A stretch of 63,090 bases of DNA, the filler included, from Octopus bimaculoides (lineage: Eukaryota), in NCBI RefSeq assembly GCF_001194135.2. It is 4 parts of 4 records of this genome, joined end to end, with 100 filler letters (N's around TTAATTAATTAA, not from the genome) between each part and the next. Parts side by side here need not be neighbours in the genome. Positions count along the whole stretch, not along the records: positions 40,801 to 63,090 come from NC_068981.1; 3 more parts are not named here. One strand, written 5' to 3'. The position numbers were made by a program, and so were the translations under genes. Below are positions 52,031 to 63,090 of this stretch, in pieces. Position 1 is the first letter of the stretch; each line of letters starts with the position of its first letter. The notes beneath the pieces were generated by a model that saw nothing but the letters and a program-made list of their open reading frames with translations, ran no database searches and was not told where the DNA came from.

Positions 52031-54474
52031 TACACAAACACATGTGTGTTCCTTTTCCTCCACTATTTTAGGCGTAACAAATTAATAGAAATGATTAGCA
52101 AGGGTTGAAAATTAATATGCATCACGCTGAAAAATATTCGTTGTGTACTTTTATTTACAGTATTGTTTTTATCAGTGCTATTGCTGCTTCTACTAATAAT
52201 GACAGTAAAAACAGCTATTTTATATTTTAGCCATATCAGGTAACTAAGCCATTCAATGTTTGAAACTAAATTGCGGAGAACGGGAAATCTTAATTTAAAG
52301 TGAAATATATATTCTGAGATAGTAAGATAATAATAATTGTAGAACGTATTTGAGTTTGGAAACATCGGTACAGATACGTGGTCAACTGAAGTTTTACGAT
52401 AACAATGATACCCAATGACTGTAAATTATTTTTAATGTGGTGACCTCTAGGACCAGCAATAGAGGAAAGTAAAAAGGGAAAATAAACTCCCAGTTGCTTC
52501 TTGCATTTGGTGTACATTTGTATTTCAATCTGAAGTCATCCAAATTTTCAGATAAAGTACCTAACATTTCTGGTTTAATTTGGATGTTTTCAAAGACTGA
52601 AGAAAACTGTACAAAACACAGAAGCTGCATTTATTAAAACCATTTCTTTGTGTTGTTTTACACAAGAAATCTTTAGTAAAAAATCAGATTTCGGTTGTAC
52701 AAAGAAGATCCAATTACTTCATAATTTCTGTGCAATTTTGTTTTGAAAAAAACTTGAACGAAATATCTCAAAAGATATATATAGATCGGGAATATTCAAA
52801 CCATTTCATGTTTGCTCATACAAAAATGCATGGGTTTCTTCTTACAGGATACATTTGTATTTATATATTTGCATAATAAAACACACACAACTAGACACAC
52901 GTGCACAATCACACAGATATATACATATGTATGTATGTATATATGCATGAGTGTGTTCATGTGTGTGATCCTTGGAGCATATTTCTTATTCAAATAAATG
53001 ATGTAGGATTTCAATAAGATATATGCCCCAAATATTTTCTGCATGTAAAATATTCCTCTCTACATTTTTGTATTCGCTTTATATCATTTTAAAGATGATT
53101 ATTCCCAAGTATAAAATTTCACGAAAGCAAGGTTACAATTTTTCGACATATGCTTGTATAGTTTCGCCCATAGCAAAATCTTCTTGCAGCAGTAAATTTT
53201 GATATTTAAGCGAAAAAACGTTTGAGCAATCTACCAATTATCAGTTCAATTAACTATAACATGTATAATTAAACGATATTAATCTTCTCAAATTAACGCA
53301 GCCTGCCGATATAGCATTTGCATCATCATGAAGTACATGACTACGATCCTGATTACTGTAGACACATTTGTCAAGACTTCACTATCTGTAAATTTTCTCC
53401 TGCAAACTTTGTAAAATGTTTTATGGACCCGCATACGATGTTTTTCATTATAGCGTGATAAATCGAATGTGAGAATATGCTTATAAATATATGTGTGTAT
53501 GCATGGTTGTGAAAATATATTCTGAAACATGATCTCACAGGTTCACTGCAACAGCGTGACATCTTCACCAAATATCAGAGTTTATATTCACATCTGTTTG
53601 ATGGAAGCTGTATATAATTACTCATAGGATGAATTGCACCTGTAAATGAATGGCATAGCTCTGTGATATGCCTTGTCACTCTGATCTTCAGCCTGTGCAT
53701 CACAACCTAATCCAGTTGATTGAACAACTGAATTCAAAATCGAAGTATATGTATAAATTAATGAACACACACACACACACACACATATATATACATATAA
53801 ATATATACATATATATGTGTGTATACGTATATATGTTGCTTTTATAAACACTATTTCAGGGGGCTGATAGTTTCGAATATCTATCAATCCCAGTATATGG
53901 CTCGTACTTCATTTTTCATTGAGAACTGATAACAACAAATGTTTACTTCGTTGGAATTTGATCTGAAAGAATAAAGAGTACGTAGACAAGCTACAAATCA
54001 TTTAGTTCGCCGTTCTAAAATTCTGTCAATACAATATGATTTTAATGATCGTTAATTTAGGTCAACAGCTAGTATTCAGAAAGAAGTGAATTAGTTGGCC
54101 CAACGACTCCGATAATTTACTGCTACTTTATTGTCATATCTTTCGTAGGCGTGAAAGGTAAAGTTGGCCTCTTCGTAATATTCATTTCACTGCTTCAACC
54201 CAGGCTATGTCTGGGTATCTTTCAAATTACACGTATTGTAGTTCCTATCATATTTCCATTATACACCTTGAGCTTGTGCGTATGGAATGGTATTTTTCAC
54301 AAGATACACTGGTACACTGTTTCGAACATGCTTCTCACTTCTCAGTCCTATACAGCTGTACTGCTTAACTGATATACGCGCCAAGTCTATGTGTATATTC
54401 TTACACTGCACGATTCGAGAAGTCTGACATAATTTCATTTGTTTTAGTGTACTGCATGCAACGTGTCGACATTT

Positions 54475-54475
54475 A

Positions 54476-54540
<65 letters not shown>

Positions 54541-54542
54541 GA

Positions 54543-54588
<46 letters not shown>

Positions 54589-54612
54589 GATATTATTATC
54601 AATATTATTATG

Positions 54613-54681
<69 letters not shown>

Positions 54682-54933
54682 NNNNNNNNNNNNNNNNNNN
54701 NNNNNNNNNNNNNNNNNNNNNNNNNNNNNNNNNNNNNNNNNNNNNNNNNNNNNNNNNNNNNNNNNNNNNNNNNNNNNNNNNNNNNNNNNNNNNNNNNNNN
54801 NNNNNNNNNNNNNNNNNNNNNNNNNNNNNNNNNNNNNNNNNNNNNNNNNNNNNNNNNNNNNNNNNNNNNNNNNNNNNNNNNNNNNNNNNNNNNTATTATT
54901 ATTATTATTGATATTATTATCAATATTATTATG

Positions 54934-54990
<57 letters not shown>

Positions 54991-55030
54991 GTTATTATTA
55001 TCATTATTATTATTATTATTATTGTTTCTG
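54475..55030. repeat. (TAT)n microsatellite spanning a gap
   Basis: Direct reading; explains the poly-Ile ORFs. Confidence 0.95.
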
Positions 55031-57532
55031 TTGTTTTTATTATTATTGGCAATTTTATTTATTCTTTCTGATTATTTCATTTTTCGAAGTTTATTGCTAC
55101 TGGAAACAATACTGTACATTGCATATGTCGAAAAAAGCGGGTCTTCCTTTGCACACGTCCTTCAAGATCTGATTAATTTCCCAACTCATCTGTATGACCC
55201 TAACAAACTGGGTGAGATCTCCTCAATTCTCAAGGGATTATTCCACTTACCTTCACAATCGAGCCATCAACCATAAAATACAATACTGATCAACTGTGTT
55301 AATATTTAGTTCAGATCGCAAAGCGTCAGCCTTTTCTCTATACTTCATCTCATAATAAGATTTTACACACGACTGAATATCCTTAGTACTGATTTCATAA
55401 GATTTATCCCAACGTTATTTCCGAAACTACCATATTCGAAATCCACTAAACAGCAGTTTAAGCCAATCGTAAAACTTAATTGGGGCTTATTTTATGGACT
55501 ATGGAATGATGACTGGCTAAATCGACCACGATTCCGAAGATTTTTACCAAATGATCTGTCTTCACCTTTGGAGCTATTAGCAATATTTATGGTTCTAGAA
55601 TGACTAAGCACATTTATGTTAAATATGCCAACATTACGAATTGGTTCAGAAATCCAAAATACAAAGTGTATTCATTATTGCCTTTATACTAAGTTCCTGT
55701 TTAGAATACATTATTGATTTTCGTTGCTGTTTGGAACATAAGTGGAACATGTATTAACGATAAATAATATGACGTTATTTGTGGAGAACATGATTTTATA
55801 ATTCTCATATGGTGAGCAATAATTTAAAAGTAATTTACTGTTTTACTCAAAAGCAAATTCTTATATCATAGTTAATAACCAGAGCTTACATTAGACACTG
55901 GGATGTTAAAAAAAAAACTAACTTCAGACTAGGAATAGAGGAATAATATTATTCTGGTTTCCACATGTTCGTGACTAGATTAATCTAACACAATATACGA
56001 CATTCTCTAAAAATCGTATTTCATTTATTTTCTTTCTCTAAATTTTTTACATTATGCAGGATCATAGTTGTAGTTTTCCAAGGACCATATGTGTTTACAT
56101 TGCTTAACGGAAGAATCAGGAAAATTGATAACAAATTCCTGAATTGAATAAACCGTAGGTAACTTCAAAATGTTTGGTTCCAGCACACTCACACAAGCAC
56201 CCTCCCCACACACAAATGTGCAATAATAACGGGGAATTTGTACCGTCTGTTGGTGTTAGGTAATGCCATTTACAAGTGTTCTTAAAGTGCGCCAAAACAA
56301 TATGATATCAGTTATAAGATACTGCTGATGAAACGATTGATTCAATCAAATATTTAACGAAAAAAAACTAATAGGACTATTTTATAATTAACGTAGTCAC
56401 TAGTTTATTCTTAAATATTTTCATTTAATTTTGGCCATCTAATTCTTCCAGATTTTAGAAATAAATACAATGTTACTGTTGTGTGATTTATGGTAGATTT
56501 ATATCAACCAAGACGTGTATACCACTATTCGGTAACATACTAACATAGTCGATCAGTATTACATTGATATTTACCACAAAATGAGATATGGTACATTCTC
56601 ATTTCATACATGAGTGTGTGTGTGTGTATGTATATATATATATATATATACATACACATACACAACATATATATACACATACACATAAATACATATACAT
56701 ACATTCATATATATATATATATATTTGCATTGTTATGTAATGGTGACTATTTTACGGTGAAAATCTTAGGAACTGTTAACTGGTAGGAAATATCCACATG
56801 GCTTTCTATACTGTTATTATTTTAACGTGAAACAGGCTGCAGTCAGATAATGTCTTTATCCATTCTTTACTGGATAGGTTTGATCTGTTATCTCCAACTA
56901 CGAGGTGATGGAAGGAGATTAGAAAGAATTGGTCTGTTGCAACAAGAAATAGAGTTTAGCAGAGAATTTGAACTCATAATGTATGTTTTTTTACAGGGTG
57001 TAATATATCCATAACTGAAAACTTATATTCCGTTTACAGATATTAGGAAATGCCTGACTTTTGCTATGTGCTACAAAGACCGAAGACAAATGACAATATC
57101 TCATCGTGATTCATCGTAGTTCGGGTTTCTTGTCGATTCCTCTCAATATGACAATAGAGCACCGCATACAGGGGTAACTTCAGTAGTCTTGTTACCAAAA
57201 CAACGTCAGGATGTAAAACGTATACCGTAAAAATGTAAGTGTAGCAGATCCATAAGGGATAGCCATATATCAACAATATGTGTGGCTGGAAATCTATTTA
57301 TATAGCTTTGACAGCTAAGTTTGAAATCTGCAGCAATTTCTCATACAAATACTAGTTGAAAACTATCTTAGTAATCATGGGATTCAGCAAATGATATAGC
57401 TGTGAAAATTTTTAATTACACTGGTCGAAAGTTCTATTTACAGAATATTAGTTGCGCTTCTCATATAGACACATTTGTTAAAATGATCTATTTCATAATC
57501 ACCATTACAACTGCAAATTTTACGTTTCATTC

Positions 57533-57586
<54 letters not shown>

Positions 57587-57947
57587 NNNNNNNNNNNNNN
57601 NNNNNNNNNNNNNNNNNNNNNNNNNNNNNNNNNNNNNNNNNNNNNNNNNNNNNNNNNNNNNNNNNNNNNNNNNNNNNNNNNNNNNNNNNNNNNNNNNNNN
57701 NNNNNNNNNNNNNNNNNNNNNNNNNNNNNNNNNNNNNNNNNNNNNNNNNNNNNNNNNNNNNNNNNNNNNNNNNNNNNNNNNNNNNNNNNNNNNNNNNNNN
57801 NNNNNNNNNNNNNNNNNNNNNNNNNNNNNNNNNNNNNNNNNNNNNNNNNNNNNNNNNNNNNNNNNNNNNNNNNNNNNNNNNNNNNNNNNNNNNNNNNNNN
57901 NNNNNNNNNNNNNNNNNNNNNNNNNNNNNNNNNNNNNNNNNNNNNNN

Positions 57948-58261
57948 TGTAGGGTTCCTCGCAGCACGAGAAACGAACGACGTGCCGCTTTTGTTGAAAG
58001 CCGATCAGGGACCACTCTGAATTTTCGATGTAGTTTGACATGTCCCCGTTGTCTTCACCATTGGTTAATATATTAACTTGGTATGCGTCGTACGTCCATG
58101 ACGCAAATTCCATGGAGCAGTTCTGTTCGTCGAAAGGAAAAAACTTGACATCGATGGAGCATGAACTCTTGAAGATGACCATGGACAACCAGGTGACGTT
58201 TCCCTCGCTGGTGACTATCACGTTCGTACTGATGGACGATTCGAACGCCTTCACGTCAGCA
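57948..58261 (-). CDS. Internal exon of a nicotinic acetylcholine receptor alpha-type subunit (extracellular ligand-binding domain), 3' end lost in a gap
   Basis: Acceptor ttcttttactcttcAG|T GCT GAC at 58262/58261 (phase-2 boundary before A-D). Translation ADVKAFESSISTNVIVTSEGNVTWLSMVIFKSSCSIDVKFFPFDEQNCSMEFASWTYDAYQV...ENSEWSL...RFSCCEEPY; Cys-loop 58117-58161, loop B WTY, vicinal CC 57961-57966; GC clearly above the flanks. Confidence 0.96.
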
Positions 58262-58319
58262 CTGAAGAGTAAAAGAATTGATGCAGTAATAAGCGTGTTG
58301 TTGTTGCCTCATAGATAGT

Positions 58320-58345
58320 CATGCATGCATGCATACCTGCATGCC
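58320..58345 (-). promoter_or_regulatory. Cluster of (U)GCAUG motifs upstream of the receptor exon acceptor
   Basis: Three overlapping TGCATG and one GCATG on the minus strand, 59-83 nt upstream of the exon. Confidence 0.25.
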
Positions 58346-58770
58346 TAGATACATACACACGTACATGATACAAACAAACAAAAACACACACACTTACACC
58401 TAGTCAAGTGGAACTCATCGCAGTGTTTAACATATCAGTCCACATGCTTCTATAAATTTTTCAGAACGTCTATTTGATATAAAGAGTATGATGGTGTTAG
58501 TTTAAATGCAAATGAAATGACTTAATATGACTTTCGTATTAACATCAGTTCTTTCTAATGAGAATCTCTCAGATATATTTTATTGATCGGTGACAAGAAT
58601 ATATATTAACGTCAATGATGGACATATCTAACCTGACTTCATCCACTAAAGATACCTACTTGCAGAGACATGATAATCTTTATTAGTACAAATTTCAGTA
58701 GTCAAATTATATATGGATGAGAGTGCTATTCTATTACGCGTGTTTTGTGTTTAAACATACGTACACACAC

Positions 58771-59044
58771 AAATTTGAAGATTAACATCTCTACTTTACC
58801 TGGAAGTCTCAATGCGTGTCTATATATGTGTGTGCTAGCCGTATGTGTATATTCGCGAGTGTATGAAGGTTTATTATATACATTTACAAAGACACACACA
58901 GGCACACAAATAAAATATTTTCTACTCAAAAGATGTAAAAACTCAGGTTTTCACACACCTACAGACACACAATACATACACAAATACATATAAGTGTTGT
59001 AGATGTGAAGACGTGCGTGTATGTGTGTTGCTGTATATAAACAC

Positions 59045-59107
<63 letters not shown>

Positions 59108-59324
59108 GCATTTGTACATGTATTGTGTATCTGTAAGTGTGTGAAAACCTGAGTTTTTACATCTTTTGAGTAGAAAAGATTTTATTTTTGTGCCTGTGTG
59201 TGTCTTTGTAAATGTATATAAAATACCTTCATACACTCGCGAATATACACATACGGCTAGCATACAAATATACATACACGCATGGAGACTTCCAGGCGAA
59301 GCAGAGATATTAGTCTCCGAATTT
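58771..59324. repeat. Inverted repeat of about 220 bp around an (AT)n spacer
   Basis: 58771-58993 is a close reverse complement of 59104-59324 (e.g. ctactcaaaagatgtaaaaactcaggttttcacacac / gtgtgtgaaaacctgagtttttacatcttttgagtag). Confidence 0.9.
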
Positions 59325-62300
59325 ATATTGAAATGTTCCAGATAAATGCAAAAGCAAGGGAATTCATGTACGTGTGAAATATCTCTCTTGCTGAATCATT
59401 CTATCTTATTATTATTTTTATTATCAAGGCATATAATTTGGTGTAATGCAAATGGGTCGCCCATTAATTATTACGGCGTCAAAATGACTGAATATATTGA
59501 AGCTAAAGTTAAATTATGAAGAATTAACCAACTATTTAAGAATATAGAGAGTTAATATATTATCAGCTGCCATAGCTGGAAAAGCAAATATTTTGTTCGT
59601 AATTATATGCTTATTAATGTTGCCGTTATGTCAAGACATCTGAGTGACTAGACCTCCCTTTTACAAACTATTTTTACTTCAATCATAGTCAATTAATAGA
59701 AGTAACTCATGATCTAAAAGTGGAATGTTTGTCATTATTTTTAGAAGGCAGCTAAATATTGAGAACTGCAGTATGAGATGTAAAATATGGAAGGATTAAA
59801 TCTGAGTCTATGTCATAAGTGGTCTGCAGATGTTCGTAGGGATGAGAAGTATAGCTTATATCATAGAAATTTTAACCCAGTACGTGGAAAGATTTAACTA
59901 AATGCTGCAAGCTATTTATTAAGACAGTATGCTTCTTCACTATCACGAAACACCGATTTACGTAAGACTATTACAGTTCACAATGAACTTGTGGCTTTCA
60001 TAGTTTCTCTGTAATTTATGTGAAGAAATGCGAAGAAGTGCGCCTTGAAGTCTTAATTCGATGGATCCTTTTATCGATTCAACTGCTTAAATTTCCCCTC
60101 ATTAGCGTGAAATATAAACGCCTCAATTGCATTTCTAATCAGTTATGAGTTGTGAATTAGGCCATGTTTATAGAGTACTAAAAGACTATTTTCAATTTAA
60201 CTCCCTTAGTCTTAATTTTTTGGGGGTGGGGGTGGGAAAGACACTTATACTAATGTTGAGGTCAAATCTTGCTATGTGAGAATTAAATATAATAGACCGG
60301 CTAATCCACTGGTCTATCCTAACGGATAAGTCACTTGACTATTATCTACTGACGGCCTTAAAAATCAGAAATACGTACAAATCTGTACAATGATTTTCAA
60401 GAATCATGGCCTAGATTTAACATCATTATTGCAGAACTTTTCTCCGCACATTTTTAGTTGCAAAATACTCGTATCTGATGTCTGTTTAACTTAGTGACCA
60501 AAGGCTGTAAAATTTAGATTCACATTAAACATTTTTGTTTATCGTTCTGTTCTCAGAATACAAAATCACGAAGTATCTTATTTTGTTTCTTAAAACTATT
60601 ATAGCTTTAAAATAATTAGTATTTCATTTTGCTGTGATAAATCGTTTAATCGATAATTTTTACAAACCATAAATGATACAGAAACCAAGAATGGTCGATG
60701 TTTTGCACATCAGCCGAATAGCTGTGTGTGAGGGAAATCTGATATTTTACACTCAGTTTTGTATTCAATTCCATAACATTTCTCAATAGTCTCAATAGTC
60801 CAGTAAACCTATGTTAGATTATGTTCAACTCATCAGAAATATTTACCCCTGTCTCATGACATTGATGACTGTTTTTTTTAAATTAAGGCAGAATTTAGCT
60901 CAAATTCAACCGTAAATGTCGACACAAGAGGAGCTGGATACTGCAAGGCTAACCGTTAAAATATTTCGGCTGATCAGCTACAAATGAACATGAGAAATAA
61001 AAAAAAATCACTTCAGAATCTGAGCACTTTCTTGATTGTTATTTTTTTTGACAACTCTGTGCATAGATTCTGAGTGAAGTACATTCAATACTTAGTTGAG
61101 CTTTTTCGGCATACGATACCCATTTCTATGATAATGGTATGGCTTTTGGAAAAATTCAATTTCTTCTTTCCCTAAAAATATTGCTTCTATTTCAGAAACA
61201 AACATTAAAAATCTTTTGAGGTGCACAGAACTATATAGCATGAAGTCCTCAGTCAACCATCTAAACGTGGTTTTCATCTGCTGACGCAAATGTCTCCTGA
61301 CTTCTGTAATAGTTTGCAGAAAGGTGTAAACGTCACAAATGCATTTTTTGTCACTGCCATTTATTTCATGTTCATTCACTTGAAAGGACACGAAGCTTAT
61401 CTGTTAGATCCAATACCGACATTGCTATAGAAAAACAGGTTATATGAGCCATAAATCAAGTTGTACCCCTACATGGGGTTTAAAAATGAGTTTATGCTGT
61501 ATATATTTTCATTTATTCTGCAGCAGCGATTGGGAATGATTTTACTCTGAAATATTTACAATAAAATATATGGAGAAAACCTGTTTCTCATATCGGAATG
61601 TATATTTTACAATGTGCAGCATAAGTGAGAACTGTAGATTTATATATTCATAAATTCAATAACAGCTCAGTTACTTATATAATCTTCGAAAATTTGTACC
61701 TCAAGAAATAGACAAATTTAGTGAACTTTGTATGCAAACGTCGATCATTAGACACGTTCTATCCAAGCGTTTAGTATTAGGAATTATTACCTAAGACTAG
61801 GTGACAGCGAAAATATTTTAAACCTTTAACTAGCTGAAGCAGTCTTTCCTGTTTACACTTTTTGACAGGGAGGATAGTGAACTTTGGTCCCCTAGCCAAT
61901 TATCATACTGAGAAAGACTTCTAACAAGAATAGGGTAAATTAAATGGCTGAAGCACCATAACGTTTAAAACTACCTTAATTAGTTGAAGGTTATGAAAAC
62001 AAAAATTATGGAAATTATGTCTATTCCAATAACCTATTGTTCAACATGAGGTTGCGATCATTATTCAAATCATTTTACGTAATTTCCTGAAAACAAAATC
62101 CTATTTTTATACAAGAGATATAATCATTTAAATCTATATCACTATACGAGATGTAATCCTTTAGATTAAATCCCATTATACTGCTGGTGACTGTGTTTAT
62201 CATCCAAGCGTTTGCACGTTTAAATTGTTTACTATTCAAAGGGTGGAATAACTTTAATACATTTCGCTAAAAAATATGTATGCATTAAATTGTGAGAAAA

Positions 62301-63090
62301 ATCCATCATTAACATACAAGACGAGCTTTATATCATTGGCCAGCAAACTACCATGATTATAACCAAAACGCGAAATTGTAACACAAACTGAAGAAAAACA
62401 GTGTTGGGAAGACAAATCTCCAGCAAAACAATTGTGACAAATGGAGAAATATCCGGACTAGAACAGTAGTAATAAATGAACCACCCTCATATTTTACGGC
62501 GTTGCATAATAACTATCCACAGGCTATTTTTATTGCCAGATTCATTGTAAGTTATATACATTTTCACTTCTAGGTTACAAATATGATATATTGTCAGGAG
62601 AACGGTACACTTTAATAGATTTCCCCAACTTTTCCCAGAAAAGCATAAAGCTTCAATATTGTCACGAAGAGTAAACTCGTTATTGTGTTGTATGTGAATC
62701 TGAAAAAGTATAGTAACTATTATAAATGAAAAGACAGTCTCCAAACAGGAATGAAAACGAAATAGTAGATACACCCACGTGGAAGCTTATATCTTAACCT
62801 TCCTTATTCGCTTTACAACAGTCAACATAGGAAACTCATAAAAGTATCGACGTTTCATTTGTTGATTTATATATTTGAAATACACGCATATTATTTAGAT
62901 ATACATGCACCTTATATAATAAATATGTATATTTGATAAATGCTTCCCAGTTGTTGGAAATAAAATTATGTTATAATGCATACATAAACGATACCTACTG
63001 CTAAGAACACCCACATACAGACGCACACACAAATAAACACACGCATACATACCAATTTTTATATTAATATAAATAAATAATTTTCTGTCT

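Noticed and set aside
53371-53571. Minus-strand ORF containing RCCSEPV, resembling nAChR loop C
   Set aside because: No upstream EW motif or aromatic residues, a stop just upstream and an unrelated downstream sequence; chance match
57064-57276. Minus-strand ORF with HPDVVLVTRLLKLPLY, superficially like the post-loop C PDVTF..RRRPLY segment
   Set aside because: No TM1 (PC..I..L..L.F.LP) follows and there is no suitable splice acceptor in the right place
61092-61391. 99-aa minus-strand ORF upstream of the receptor exon as a candidate earlier exon
   Set aside because: Lacks the WxPDIxLYN and W.D..L.W motifs expected for the preceding exons
1-63090. CRISPR arrays, rRNA, operon-like prokaryotic systems
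   Set aside because: No regularly spaced repeat-spacer arrays or rRNA motifs; the sequence is eukaryotic, repeat-rich DNA

Overview
AT-rich, microsatellite-dense animal genomic DNA with many N gaps. The SINE repertoire and repeat landscape resemble a cephalopod (Octopus-like) draft assembly; this is inferred, not proven. Only one host protein-coding segment is recognisable: a minus-strand exon (58261 to the gap at 57948) of a nicotinic acetylcholine receptor alpha-type subunit. It carries the Cys-loop, loop B (WTY) and loop C vicinal cysteines, but has Phe where the canonical loop C Tyr190 lies. No upstream or transmembrane exons could be found in the sequenced bases. The rest is intronic or intergenic, packed with several tRNA-derived SINE families, Tc1/mariner remnants, RTE, CR1-like and REL-endonuclease LINE 3' ends, Penelope-like (RT plus GIY-YIG) fragments and MITEs. 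Unexplained structure includes a 579-bp near-perfect palindrome with nested inverted motifs, two related foldback hairpins, an intronic inverted repeat near the receptor exon, and several degenerate minimal hammerhead-ribozyme-like motifs, one inside a tRNA-headed element. Most ORFs in the supplied track are artefacts of simple repeats or gaps. No rRNA, genuine tRNA gene or CRISPR array is supported.
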